DNA of 64,000 nucleotides from positions 32,001-96,000 of IMG/VR virus record IMGVR_UViG_3300042309_002578, one strand, 5' to 3'. Made by a program: the position numbers and the translations under genes. The notes beneath the pieces were generated by a model. It worked only from the letters and a program-made list of their open reading frames with translations. It ran no database searches and had not been told where the DNA came from. Positions 52,191 through 63,999 of this stretch are shown in pieces. Source of the DNA: a virus. Every line of letters begins with the position of its first letter. Within the stretch, counting starts at the first letter, position 1.

Positions 52191-53186
52191 ATGCTTACGA
52201 TTGCGGAAACTTCGAGTAATTCTTGTGGTGACAATTCAGAGAATGAAACGATAAGAGAAAATATTTTTAATGTTGTAGATGACATATTTAGAGTAATTTC
52301 CTACAAGGAGGCTGCCGTTCTGGTTTCGGCATCTGTATACGAAAAGTCTGGGATAAAATATGGTTATCTCCCTGGCGATGGAATTAATGAGGTTGTTTTG
52401 AGATCAAGCGATCGCGCTCTTGAAATGTATAACGAGATGTGCGAAAGATACAAAATCAAAAAAGTAGAGAATCCCCTCTCCACACAGATAATTCGTAAGT
52501 TACACCTATTGGCTTTTGGTGAAGAGTTCTCAAAAAAAGCCAAGCAACGGAATGGCGAGTATTTATCCCATACCGTTAAGCTGTGTTCACCAATTAGGGC
52601 ATACAAAGCCTTGTACAAAACTGTGACTCATGATGTCCCTGTAAATTTTGATGAAATTGAATCAGATACAGAAATTGATGAAAAACACGAACAAGAAAAA
52701 TTATGCGAATTTAGCCTTGTAGGTGAACAATTTTTGTATCAAAAATATAAAATCACTTTAGAGAACAAACCTATCGGCACTGTATTTAAGCGCATTTACT
52801 ATGTATGTGATAAAAATATGCGAACAAGAAAGAAATCATCATTACAGGCAGAAATATCTATGAATATTGATGGGCGAGTAATTAATTTAAGCTCCCCCAA
52901 TAAAAAGGTGCTGACCAATATTAGGGAGTGGCTAACAAATAAACTCTCCAATACTCTCAAGGGTATGTCAAAGTCAGTAATTGAGTATAAATCCGATAAC
53001 AGAGGTATTGTTTTTGCAGCAATGCCAATGATTACAAAACTAGCACAGATGAATGGACTTTTAGCAAGATCGCCAGCAGGACGAGACTCTGATTTAATCA
53101 ACTGGATAGATAGACAAGAGTTTGACGATCAAGGTATTCCATCGTTCCCAAATAGAGAGCTTTTATCAAATTTGATAATTACCTAG
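52191..53186 (+). CDS. Hypothetical protein
   Basis: 331-aa ORF with AGAGG upstream. Confidence 0.7.
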   Translation: MLTIAETSSNSCGDNSENETIRENIFNVVDDIFRVISYKEAAVLVSASVYEKSGIKYGYLPGDGINEVVLRSSDRALEMYNEMCERYKIKKVENPLSTQIIRKLHLLAFGEEFSKKAKQRNGEYLSHTVKLCSPIRAYKALYKTVTHDVPVNFDEIESDTEIDEKHEQEKLCEFSLVGEQFLYQKYKITLENKPIGTVFKRIYYVCDKNMRTRKKSSLQAEISMNIDGRVINLSSPNKKVLTNIREWLTNKLSNTLKGMSKSVIEYKSDNRGIVFAAMPMITKLAQMNGLLARSPAGRDSDLINWIDRQEFDDQGIPSFPNRELLSNLIIT

Positions 53187-53339
53187 TTTTACGTATGGAG
53201 CATTCGGATTTTGTTACACCTGTTTGGCTTTCTCTATCCAAAGAAAGCCAAAATTATTAAAAATATTATGCCAATATTGTTGAAAATATTAAAATATCGT
53301 GTTAATATCGTATCTATATTAAACAACAACAAGGCAATT

Positions 53340-54026
53340 ATGACAAAAGTAAAAGCTATAGCCGACAAATTCTTCGGCGGAAATGTTGAAAATTTTTTGA
53401 CTGAAATGGCTGGGACAGGCTTCAAAGTTGATGGATGGTCAGATACGACTGAATTACCTCTAGATGCAGAAGGTTTCAGATCCAAGGTTTTTGTAGTCTT
53501 GACAAAATCGGGCGTAACAGAGAAAGCTTTTAGGGCAGCACTGTCATCATGGAGCGTTCAGTCTGCGACCGAGAACATAAATGATGAACCCATAAATAGT
53601 GTCCAGCCCGGTGCAATTGAAAAGATAGAAGATACTGTTATTGATGCGATCGCTGTTCAAAACGCAGGAATCCAACAACTTAGTGAAATTCAGCTTGATC
53701 AACAAATTTCGGAAGCAAGAACGTCTGGGGTAACAGAGGGGATAGTTTTAGAACTTGCCAAACTTGACGGCAAGTTTGAAACTCAAGTGCAAATTCGAGA
53801 CATTTTGACGAATGTAAATAAAACAATGCACGAAGACCAAAAAACAAAAGCATTATCATTGGCTGGCGGTTTGTTAACTAAAATACAAGGAAGCTATTCA
53901 AGAAGCAGTGAAGCAAGTAGAGCATCAAAAGTAAACCAAGAAGCTACAGAAGGTCTGGTTGCCACCATATTTGAAAGATTGGCGGGACTAAACAATCCTC
54001 CGTCCCAGTCGTCCGAGGGAAAATAG
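53340..54026 (+). CDS. Hypothetical coiled-coil protein
   Basis: ATG at 53340 within ORF 53211-54026. Confidence 0.6.
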   Translation: MTKVKAIADKFFGGNVENFLTEMAGTGFKVDGWSDTTELPLDAEGFRSKVFVVLTKSGVTEKAFRAALSSWSVQSATENINDEPINSVQPGAIEKIEDTVIDAIAVQNAGIQQLSEIQLDQQISEARTSGVTEGIVLELAKLDGKFETQVQIRDILTNVNKTMHEDQKTKALSLAGGLLTKIQGSYSRSSEASRASKVNQEATEGLVATIFERLAGLNNPPSQSSEGK

Positions 54027-55469
54027 AGAAGGTACTGGTTGACGCGATAGAAATTCTTGCACAAGAAGAAAAAAGCCGAGTGCAAGAATTATACCTCAGT
54101 GCCTTGGTTTATGTAACTGTCGCGTTTTTACAGGCAGAAGAACAAAGAAAAAAGGAGATGATACAGATGATACCTATGATTGCAGCTTTACTAGAAAACT
54201 TTGAAAATGATCCGATAGAAACAGGCAAGAACCTCTATGCCGCTGGTTTTTTTGCTGGTGCGATACTGTTTGGTGCTGCCGTTGGTAGTCCAATGGTTTT
54301 GCCAGTAGTATCCTGTGTTTCGCTTGCTTTGGGTATTGCGACTTTTATGGATAATCACAGACGTTAAAAGCAATTCTCGGTTTTATAGAGAACAAAATTT
54401 ATGTCACACGCAACAGAGAACGACTCGCCACAAATTTTAATTGTCCCGAAAGAAGTGGGCGGACTATCAATGCCAATCTTATGTTTCCTAGTTGGGACGC
54501 TTAGTTTTGCGCTGCTTGCTAATGCGGTAACAAGTTTTAAAATGGCACAGCAGCAACAAAAAGATGCAAGCCCAACGGATGGTGTGCAGCAAGAATTAAC
54601 AGCAAAAAGATTGCCAATACGCGGGCATATTCGTGCAAAACGATACAGAAAACAAATTAAATAAAAACCTCGCATTATTTTAAATAAAAATCAACACTTA
54701 GTGCCAAAATTTGACGGGAATAGACTGATTGAATCAAAATTAATAACTTTTATTGATTTTGTTGATTTAGCGTTAATTAATAGTCGCATTAAATCAGATT
54801 TGCTAGAAATAATCAGTTTGCAAAACTATAAACAGCAGAATTAGTTGACTTTGTCTGTTAGCCATAGTATTATATATTTAATTCAGTAATTTAAAAAGAC
54901 TATGGCTATTGATTTTAATGCTTTGACAAGAGAGTTGGAGGACAAGAAAGGCAGATGTTTGATTCCCACAACATTCTATGATTGGGTTAGTGGATACAGA
55001 GTTGATTGCATAACCGACGAAAGAACTCCGGTGAAAGTCTACTATTTAATAGAAGAAGGGGCGCATGGTTACTCTATCAAGTTTTTAAATGGTGTAACTG
55101 GATTTGAATCCTATTATGTCCATGATTTGTTAGCGAACAAGCAAGATCATCCTACGGGTTATTGGGCTGCTTGTTCGCTAACAATAGGAAGATGGGACGG
55201 TCTATACGTTGACGCAAAACAGGTAGATGAAAAACTCAGAAAATTACCATTTGATGTCAATACACAACAATAACTAAGTGCGACAGATTTTATTGTAAAA
55301 TCTGTCGCACTTAGGTAAAATTACATAGAATAATCTCAGGTAACAAACCCATTCCTTATGTCAACATTTCATAATACCATATTTCGCAGAAACTTGTTAC
55401 AAAAGATTCTTGACATCTATGTGTTAGCTGTAGTATTATATATTAATATGTGTAGCACAATTAAAAACA

Positions 55470-56594
55470 ATGGATATTAAATTTAGTTCACATTTTAGTG
55501 GGTGTGGTGGATTTGCATCTGGGGCAAAAAAAGCTGGATTTGATGTTATCAGTGGCATTGAGTGGGATGAAAAACGCCCAGAAATAGCAGAACTATATAG
55601 AACAAACGTCAACAGAGATCATCTGATCTATAAAAATATTACAGAGGTTGATTTTAATGAGCTAAACATTCCACTCCCCACAGAAAGGAAACAGAATGGA
55701 TTAGTTTTAGTTCACCAAACATCCCCACCATGTCAAGATCACACCACACTAAACAAAAAAAGAGATGCAAAATCATCACGAGCTAACATATTGGGCAATA
55801 CTCACGATTTTTACAAAATATTTATGCCGGAGTACGTTGTGCTTGAGAACGTCAAGCTTTACAGAAAAAGTGGAGTTTATAAAAACTTTAAGCTCTTTCT
55901 CTCAACCCTTGGCTACAAAATCGAAGAGCATATTTTAAACGCCGCAGATTTTGGCGTACCTCAAACAAGAACCCGGTTGTTCATGATTGCTGCTGCGCCA
56001 AACTATAATCTGCCAACAATAGAAACAACGCACACTGAATGTCTAGGCGATCAACTCCATTTATTTAAAAACCGGTGGGTTGGCTGGTATGAGGCGATCG
56101 CCGATATTATTGACAAGCTAGAGCCATCAAAATTGACTAATAAACAAATAGAGTTTGTCCAGTTGCAACAAAAAAGTTATGCAACAAGGGACTCTGAAAC
56201 CCCATCTTTCGCTATTACAGCCTCAATAGGAGAACATAATGTAATCCCGAAGGTGCTATTACCTAAGAATGCGTTTTTGGTGCAGAGAATTGGGTATTTT
56301 AAAATTCCAAAAATAAAAGATTCGCTACAGCCGTGTTGGACTTTGGTTTCTTCGCTGTGTGACGATGGCAAAGGTGGCACAAGAAATAAAGTCATTGACG
56401 TACTAATTGATGATTGCGATACTAAAAATTTAAATACAGACGCTTTGGCAAGGTTACAGGGATTTGACAAAGATTATAAATGGAGTGGCAACAAGAAAAT
56501 AGATGTGCATGGTCTGGGTAACAGTGTCTGTCCACCTGTATCGGAGGCAATCTGCAATTCCATTAAAAAAGCTATTTTGGCTAGGGACAATTAA
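55470..56594 (+). CDS. DNA (cytosine-5) methyltransferase, orphan
   Basis: FSGCGG, SPPCQ, LENV, PQTRTR, ARLQGF, GNSV. Confidence 0.93.
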   Translation: MDIKFSSHFSGCGGFASGAKKAGFDVISGIEWDEKRPEIAELYRTNVNRDHLIYKNITEVDFNELNIPLPTERKQNGLVLVHQTSPPCQDHTTLNKKRDAKSSRANILGNTHDFYKIFMPEYVVLENVKLYRKSGVYKNFKLFLSTLGYKIEEHILNAADFGVPQTRTRLFMIAAAPNYNLPTIETTHTECLGDQLHLFKNRWVGWYEAIADIIDKLEPSKLTNKQIEFVQLQQKSYATRDSETPSFAITASIGEHNVIPKVLLPKNAFLVQRIGYFKIPKIKDSLQPCWTLVSSLCDDGKGGTRNKVIDVLIDDCDTKNLNTDALARLQGFDKDYKWSGNKKIDVHGLGNSVCPPVSEAICNSIKKAILARDN

Positions 56595-56994
56595 AATATT
56601 GTGCTAATATTAATATTATTAGTTTTAATATCTAATCAATATTGACAACCGAAAAGGAGTTTTAATGCAATATCGAGTCGTGTACCAGGGCTATGGGCAG
56701 TGGATTGGTGAAAATGCCACCAATTAACGGCAGAAAGCTTCCTCGTAAATTTACATAAGGAGTTGATTTGATGTTTAACTTTGAGACTATTAAGCCACAA
56801 TACGATGTATTAGCCTGGATGTCAGAAAATAGTGTATCTTTTTATTTAGAATTTTCTGATCCAACTCTTCAAAAAAGTGTTCAGGAGGAGTTGGAGTCAA
56901 AAGGCTTTTCAACAATATATGAGTTTACTGTGAGGCGGTTAATTCAATTGCAACCACCGTCAGGAATGGACACACTACAAATTTTGGAAAGAAT

Positions 56995-57615
56995 TTGTAC
57001 GACGTTGGAATTGGAGCATTACAAAGTTCAAAGAAAAATAGCTCCAAGATGGAAGCTATTAAAAGATGTCTTACCAATACAAAGTTTCATTTTAGGGAGT
57101 TAGTTATGTATTGCGACATCCAAGGAAAATCTGTAGAGCGAATAATTGAAAATTGGAGCGTCTTGATTGACATTTCTCCTGGCAAATTTATGCAGTTTTA
57201 CGTGCTAACTGACAGTTTGGAGAAATTTAATCTCTATTACTCCCTTTTGTCTGCTAAGTTAAATTTGATTGACGGTGGCGAACTTGTACTGCGCCCACAG
57301 TCATTAAGTTTATACCAAGAAATAATGTTAAAATTGCCTTTAACCGCACAGAATTACAGCTTTGCAGTTAAAACTTTTAACGAATCATGGAATGCAAAGC
57401 CTGAGCAAGACAAAGACTATTTTAATAATAGATGGAGATTTGGACACGACTACGATCAAGAATTAATGGAAGATAAAGTTTTAAAAGAGGCTTTGAAGGA
57501 CTTTGAGGGAAAAATAGTTATCTTCACGTGGGTAGATGACACTAATCCCAAAATCACTAGAGTCGCAATGGCTTCGCAGTTCAAAAGTGGTGCAATAAAA
57601 CCAGTGGAAAAGTAA
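56995..57615 (+). CDS. Hypothetical protein (likely start 57106)
   Basis: GGAG upstream of ATG; terminator hairpin after stop. Confidence 0.55.
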   Translation: MYDVGIGALQSSKKNSSKMEAIKRCLTNTKFHFRELVMYCDIQGKSVERIIENWSVLIDISPGKFMQFYVLTDSLEKFNLYYSLLSAKLNLIDGGELVLRPQSLSLYQEIMLKLPLTAQNYSFAVKTFNESWNAKPEQDKDYFNNRWRFGHDYDQELMEDKVLKEALKDFEGKIVIFTWVDDTNPKITRVAMASQFKSGAIKPVEK

Positions 57616-58465
57616 ATTTAGCCCCGTAACAGGGGCTTTTTTTATTGGCAAAACCAATTTCTTTCGCTAGGGCATTTTTTAACCTTTTTGCAGGGTAGTA
57701 AATACCCTGAAATATGTCCAGTCCAATTACCATATTCATCTACTAAAGTTCCACTAAAATCAGCACCAAGTAGTTGGTACGGTCTTATGTCTATTCCACA
57801 ACCAGGGCAACGAGTACCACCCCAGGAAGCCATAAAAAGATTGTAGTTTCTATGGATTTGGTTTTCAGCAATACTGTCTAGTTCTCTTAGCCGCTGTTTT
57901 AATTGATATCGCTTACGTCGCTTTTGTCTTTTTATGTTTCCGGTTAAATGATAAAGTATCCATAATTCAAATTGTTAGAGTTGTAGCGCGATCGCCCATC
58001 AAAAGAGCGATCTTTATGTGACTGTTATGTGATTAAATGCGATCGCCCAACAAAAAGAGACGACCGCTTGTTAATTCAAACTGAAATCTGTGATCCATTC
58101 TTTAGCTCTCTAATCAGGGATGGATAACTTGCTAGATAATCACTTTCGTCAGAGAGAAAATTACCGTCTACTCCAGATTGTCTAATTTTTAAAGAGCGAT
58201 ATGTTTTCCCTTCCCTGACAAGCACTTTTATTTTCTCATTGTTAATCAAAAGGTATCCAGTATATTGCATGATCTTCCTTGGTGATTGTGAGTGCGATCG
58301 CCCTAAAAGAGGCGACCGCGTAAATTAGCTACTTGAAAACTTCAATCAAAACTGATTCAGGGTACAGCCCGACGCAACCAAAGCGCGGATCATAAATCTG
58401 TTCAATGTCTATTTCCCGTTTACGGCACAAAACAGATGCTTGTCCACCATTTTGACTTGCAAACA

Positions 58466-59014
58466 TTAAATTTTTGTATTTCTTGCAGACAGATATTTTC
58501 TTAGTTTCCACTCAGCAATCAAGGCAGCATCTGCACGCCCATCACAAATTTTTACACCATTTTTGTATTTTGAATTTTTTTCATATACCAAGTCTTTTAT
58601 TTGTGGTATTAATTCCACAGCGACTTTATCGCCATTGTATTGACCGCTTGTTTTGCCGTTAACACCCAAAAGTGACATCCATTGAACGGATTGAACCTCT
58701 GTGCATGATATCTGCTTCATAAAAATGCACATCTGCAAAGCCCCAAGACCACGCCCATATTTAAGCATTGATGCAACACTCTGACTTCTTTTTTCTCCGC
58801 CTTTTTTCTCGTCTTTTTGGCTCATGGCTTTCGCAACTTCTATGGCCGCAAAACTATTGTTAGGGTCAAAATCACTAAATATTTTAGCAACACCCCTCAT
58901 TGAGATTTGCCCATCCATAAACGGCATATCGGCGCACATAATTAACTCTCTGTTTTCGTTTATAGCGACAATAGCACCCTTAGATCCTGGATCAACCCCG
59001 ATAAATACTTTCAT
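58466..59014 (-). CDS. RuvC-like Holliday junction resolvase
   Basis: FIGVDPGSKGA, AAIE, W, DGRADAALIA. Confidence 0.85.
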   Translation of the reverse strand: MKVFIGVDPGSKGAIVAINENRELIMCADMPFMDGQISMRGVAKIFSDFDPNNSFAAIEVAKAMSQKDEKKGGEKRSQSVASMLKYGRGLGALQMCIFMKQISCTEVQSVQWMSLLGVNGKTSGQYNGDKVAVELIPQIKDLVYEKNSKYKNGVKICDGRADAALIAEWKLRKYLSARNTKI

Positions 59015-59472
59015 GATTTAGCCTAAAATGTTATTGCAATATTGATGCTATATTAACATTGTTTGTGGTAAAATGTGTTAACAAGTATCAAGAAATTTAA
59101 AGCCATGCAGTTAAGTACAGAAAAAATAAATACCCAAGAAACAAAGCCAGAAGTTGAGGCAATTTTACATTCAAGCGAATGGGTAAAACCAGAGGACAAG
59201 CTCCCGCAACCTTATGAGTTTGTTTTAGTAATGATAGCAGAATGCAATATTCCAATATATTGCCTCTATCAATGCGACGATTTTTATGTTGTCAGTGTGT
59301 CGCTGGTTCGCAATAATGTGAATACAAGAATTAAACTTCTAAAAAAAGAAGTCTTGGTGTGGCGAGGAAATCTTGGAATAAAACTTCCACAATAAAATCA
59401 AAAACTGGTTGACTTTTGTGGTTAACCAATGTAATATAGATATATAGACAAAAACCACAAACACAAAAAACA

Positions 59473-60069
59473 ATGACAATTTTCATAAACAACAACAAGA
59501 CAATGAAAGAACTCGCTGCAAAAGTATTTAATTACAGCGGTAGAAAATATAAAGTAGTGCCACAACTTAACTATTGTCTCAACAATTATTGGGACGGTGG
59601 CAGCAAAGAAAGATGCGTTCTCGTAAATAGAGAAAATGGCGAATTTCACGCACCTAGCGATGATACAAAAAACCCATTTAAGGTAGTCGCTCATAAAAGC
59701 TTCGAGATTCCAAAAGGGTATTTTATAATTACCCACACAATAAGCATGGGAAAAGACGCTGGGATAACTTTTTATGTAAGACCCGAAGAAATGCCCAAGG
59801 ATTTAGCTAGTGGCGACTACGATTTAACCTTTGAGCAAAAAGTTGTTCTATCCTGCTTTTTTAGTTTTAAATCGAGCTACGCCGGCATTAAAGATTATCG
59901 CAAAAGCAATGGTTTAGCTTTAATATCATCTCAAGAATGGGATAACGCCAAAGCTTCATTAATCGAAGCGGAGTATATAAACGCACGAAATGCTATTACC
60001 ACAAAGGGTAAAAATGCGGCTCTAAAGTTTAGCTTCAGCAGCCTTCACAGCGAAGTAAAAAAGCAGTAA
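59473..60069 (+). CDS. Hypothetical protein
   Basis: Follows conserved promoter at 59409. Confidence 0.7.
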   Translation: MTIFINNNKTMKELAAKVFNYSGRKYKVVPQLNYCLNNYWDGGSKERCVLVNRENGEFHAPSDDTKNPFKVVAHKSFEIPKGYFIITHTISMGKDAGITFYVRPEEMPKDLASGDYDLTFEQKVVLSCFFSFKSSYAGIKDYRKSNGLALISSQEWDNAKASLIEAEYINARNAITTKGKNAALKFSFSSLHSEVKKQ

Positions 60070-60706
60070 ACTGATTTAATAAACCATTTTGCATTTTGAT
60101 TCCGATAAAATGCAAAATGGTTAAAAATCGGTGTAATAAAATAATACAAAGCGCGATACCGACACCTATCAATAGACAACAAAATTGCGATCGCAACAAC
60201 AAAAAATATGCTAGTTAAAGACTTTTTAGAATTTGCCGAACAGGTTAGACAATCTAGTGAGAAAGACCAATCTGTGCTAGACCTAGAGCTAAATTTTTAT
60301 GATGGAAGCGAGTCATGGGACATAGACAAATTAGAAATAACTATGCCTGACGCAGAAACAGAAGAACCAGGTTATGTTGTCTTTGAGTTAAAAACAAGTA
60401 TTGACATAGAAGATGACCGGTTTGACAGAAGTCACCCAGAAATACGCCATGAAGTAGTAGCCCCATAAGTGCAGCGAAACCTTTTAAGGACTAACAGCTA
60501 CTGGAAGTTAGCCCTTAAAGAAAAAAGCATAATATTTAAGATTATGCAATTTTTTCTGTCAAATGGATTTTGTGAGCGAATCCCACGAAGCGGGTATTTT
60601 GCTTCTTGCTAAATTTCAAGAATTTAGACAGCTAACCCTAGCTCTATATTTATATTTCTTTCTTAGTTGTATTGCATATTTTTTCTTCTCGTGCTATAAT
60701 TATATT

Positions 60707-61120
60707 AACGAGAGTAAATCCTTAGATCAAGCGTACTGCGTTTTGGTTTTAAACTGTTCTCGTTCGGGTCTTGTTCGCAAGGAGACAAGATATCCAGGGA
60801 AATTCCCCCGTTACTATACGTATGCGGTTTTAAAAAGCCTATACCTGGAAGGCAACTCGTACCTCGGATGCGAGACAACCTCAAAAAGCTGACAGGACGC
60901 GAGGCAGATGGTTACTGCCAAGATTGAAGAAACATAAGAACCTTCGCCTCATCGATCCTAACGGATTAAACATCAGATCCTTGAAGAAACTGGTGAGCCT
61001 ATAGAGGTGCTATAGGCACGTTGGTGAAAACTAACAAGATTTTGAAGGGAGCTTGAGCCAGTAACTGTCCTGGATTAAAGTGCATTACAAAAGCACACCA
61101 AGCTTCGGTCATGCTTTTTG
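60707..61120 (+). ncRNA. Candidate large structured ncRNA
   Basis: TTGCAT-17-TGnTATAAT promoter (60672-60700), many helices, hairpin plus T-run at ~61090-61120, no credible ORF. Confidence 0.55.
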
Positions 61121-61594
61121 GTTTTCAAGCAACAAAATTATGATCTAACCTTGGGTTTCCAACCGTGTGGACTAAATCACCGCACAAAAGCACACTAAGT
61201 ATTAGACATAATTATTCTCATTGTTTTTTATTCCGCAAAAACCTAACGCCAAGTGTGTATGCGCTTATTTTAAGCGTTTATATTATTTTGGTATTTAAAA
61301 CTGCGATTTTGTCGTTGCTAGAATCTTTTTATCTTTTTCTGGACAAATAAAAATCGTTAGCTTTAGTTTATCGTCCTAAATTCTGTGAATTTAGGACAAA
61401 TTGTCATGCTTATTTTTATTAAAGCCAGATATGCACAGGCGTAAATATAGGCGCATAGAATACATTTGTTCTGTGCTTCGCTGAAAACGGTGATTTTTGG
61501 CGGCAAAAAACTACAAGCGTGTTACATGATTTTTGGCAATGACAACGACTGAAATGCCTATTCTATCGTAAGGTTGGACACCAAATTTTCAAAT

Positions 61595-61720
61595 TACATA
61601 TAATACCATAAAGTGGGTACAAAAGTCAAGGGAAGATACAAAGAAAAAAGGGTAGTTTCCTGTAAGAAAGTGATCATCTTCCCAGCTTTATTTTTCAGTG
61701 AAATTATAAATGTATTACAA
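61595..61720. repeat. Repeat-element copy G (leader only, degenerate)
   Basis: AAAAGTCAAGGGAAGATACAAAGAAAAAAGGGTAGTTTCCTGTAAGAAAGTGATCATCTTCCC. Confidence 0.85.
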
Positions 61721-62438
61721 GCACCCTCTTATTATGGCTATTGCAACGGAGGCGCATTTGTTGAAAGAAAGGAAAGATGGTGGGAAGGTGATAGTTTAGC
61801 GATCTAACAAAGAAATTGTGGAGATTTTATTCCGATAGCTTGGTAAGCGTAAAACTCAGTGGATAAAGCCACTGAGAGTGTCAATTCCTCGTTCGCACCC
61901 TGATGCAAACAATAATGATCCGAACAACTTCAAAAGGTGCTAATTAGAGCTTTTGTGTAACCAAAGTGGCGATCGCCACATTAGCTAAAACCTAAAAGGA
62001 TCAATACCGGGGTTGGAGTAGAGCAAGAAAGCTGCTTGAGCAGCACGGAAAAGACGCAGACAATTTTGCTTATGAATTCCAAATAAGTGAAATAAAGCTA
62101 ATGCAGCTTGACGGTGGCTTTGCAGTTCCTATGTTCGCTCTAAATGGAGTGTCAGGCTACAGACTGGTAATTAAGAATGATCTGCCAACCGTAATGTCTA
62201 ATTATTTTCAATTCGCCATAGAAGAGGACGAGTTGAAGGTCAGAGAATGGGCAGAATCTAACTACAAGAAACTATTCGACTGTGCCAGCATGGGTGACAT
62301 TTCCCGACTAGTAGAATCAACTCCCAAGCTGAAGAAAAAAGTTAGGAGTGGTTTAATATGCAATAATTTTAGTTGACTTTTTTGTTGACCATAGTATTAT
62401 AGATATATAGACAAAAACCAAAAACAAAAAAGAAAACA

Positions 62439-63044
62439 ATGCAAAACTTCATTAACCTAAAAACACACCATAGAGAGGGAATTAAGGCACATTTAGCGAT
62501 TGTAGGTATGCCAAACTTCGGAATTTTGCAATATTACGGCACATCGTTTGATGATTCAGAAAGAGGGAAAGACATTGCATATCACGGCGGATGTCACATA
62601 AGCAAGATAATGGTAGACAATTTAGAAGATGGATTCTACCGATTTACTGAAGCAGTGAAGCAGCATAGTATAGAAACAAATGTTGGTTTCTTGAAAATAA
62701 TTGGTGGAAAAATTATTAATAAATCTGCGGATTTAGAATCACTGATTTTGTCAGACCAAGACAAATCAATGTTTGAAGCGCAAAAACTTCGCGGACAAGA
62801 AATATTAAAAGATTGGGAAGAAAAAGAGAGGGTGGCGAAAATAGCGAAAGAACAGGAAGATGTAAAAAAAGCGGTAAAAAATAACAATAAAAAATTAGAA
62901 AAAATAAAAAACCAGATTGGAGAATCTACCGCATTAGATATTGAAGCCTTCAGAAAGCTAACAGTAGAGCAACTGATGGATATTATTATTGATCAGCAGA
63001 CAATAATAGCGTCGCTAAATTCTAGAGAAAAAACAGAAAACTAA
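62439..63044 (+). CDS. Hypothetical protein with coiled-coil tail
   Basis: After conserved promoter at 62373. Confidence 0.65.
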   Translation: MQNFINLKTHHREGIKAHLAIVGMPNFGILQYYGTSFDDSERGKDIAYHGGCHISKIMVDNLEDGFYRFTEAVKQHSIETNVGFLKIIGGKIINKSADLESLILSDQDKSMFEAQKLRGQEILKDWEEKERVAKIAKEQEDVKKAVKNNNKKLEKIKNQIGESTALDIEAFRKLTVEQLMDIIIDQQTIIASLNSREKTEN

Positions 63045-63057
63045 AAGGGATAGGAAC

Positions 63058-63447
63058 ATGAGTCAAACGATGAAGACATACTTAATGCTTGGCGTTAGAA
63101 TTCCTTGCTCGGAAATGCCAGAAGATATTTTTTTAAATTATTGTGAAACTGAAGAGACGTTTTTTGATAAAAACGCAAAAATCAAAATCATACAAACAGG
63201 TGTGGGTACGTTTTTTGATAAAAACACAAAAATCAAAATCATACAAACAGGTGTGGGTAACGATGATGATGACTATGTGGTTGGCTATGTTATCGGCAAT
63301 TATGAAGAAATGTCCGATGATTCAATCATCGAAAAAGAAATCAGTTTTATTGAAGATTTTGCTTCAATAGTTGGAAATGCAATTAAGAAAAAATTGGACA
63401 TCAAAATGCAAAAAGTAAGGTTGATAATGTTCACTAGCCTTATCTAA
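63058..63447 (+). CDS. Hypothetical protein with 51-bp internal duplication
   Basis: TFFDKN.KIKIIQTGVG occurs twice. Confidence 0.6.
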   Translation: MSQTMKTYLMLGVRIPCSEMPEDIFLNYCETEETFFDKNAKIKIIQTGVGTFFDKNTKIKIIQTGVGNDDDDYVVGYVIGNYEEMSDDSIIEKEISFIEDFASIVGNAIKKKLDIKMQKVRLIMFTSLI

Positions 63448-63465
63448 TTTTCAATTCAGGATATT

Positions 63466-63999
63466 TTACTGGAAGTAGAAAATTTCGTAACATTTCCTGT
63501 ATTTTTTTTGAATTATATTTTTATCTGCGTTTCCGTCTATTCGCACAATTCTGTATGGGTTGAGTTTGTGCAATTCCATATAGCCATGCTGCACACGCCG
63601 ATGAAATTCTATAGTTTCCTGCTCAATTCTGTCTGGTGCAGATTGCCCACGTTTACGCGAAAGTCCAACTTCTACATCTACATCTAGCCAAATAGTTAAA
63701 TCGCTTTCCAATCCGCCTGTAGCAATTTGATTTAGTTGATTTATTAAATTAAAGCTTAAACCTCTGCCGTAGCCTTGGTACGCAATTGTCGAGTCGGTGT
63801 AGCGATCGCATAAAATAAACTTATTTGCTGCTAAATTTGGTTTTAGTTTTTCTGCGATGTGTTGCGCTCTGTCTGCCGCATACAGCAAGAGTTCTGTAAT
63901 TTCGCCAATTGGATTGTTGTGAGACTTTTCTAGTAACAACTTCCGCAAATCTGTCCCCAATTCTGTTCCTCCTGGCTCACGAGTGAGTATTGGGGACAT
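63466..63999 (-). CDS. tmk: Thymidylate kinase (5' end beyond window)
   Basis: TREPGGT, LLYAADRAQH, LCDRYTDSTIAYQGYGRG. Confidence 0.95.
   Translation of the reverse strand: MSPILTREPGGTELGTDLRKLLLEKSHNNPIGEITELLLYAADRAQHIAEKLKPNLAANKFILCDRYTDSTIAYQGYGRGLSFNLINQLNQIATGGLESDLTIWLDVDVEVGLSRKRGQSAPDRIEQETIEFHRRVQHGYMELHKLNPYRIVRIDGNADKNIIQKKYRKCYEIFYFQ

Noticed and set aside
60707-61120. tmRNA, RNase P RNA or self-splicing intron identity for the structured region
   Set aside because: No tRNA-like ends, no GAGGAAAGTCC, no recognisable group I P7 or group II domain V, and no interrupted gene.
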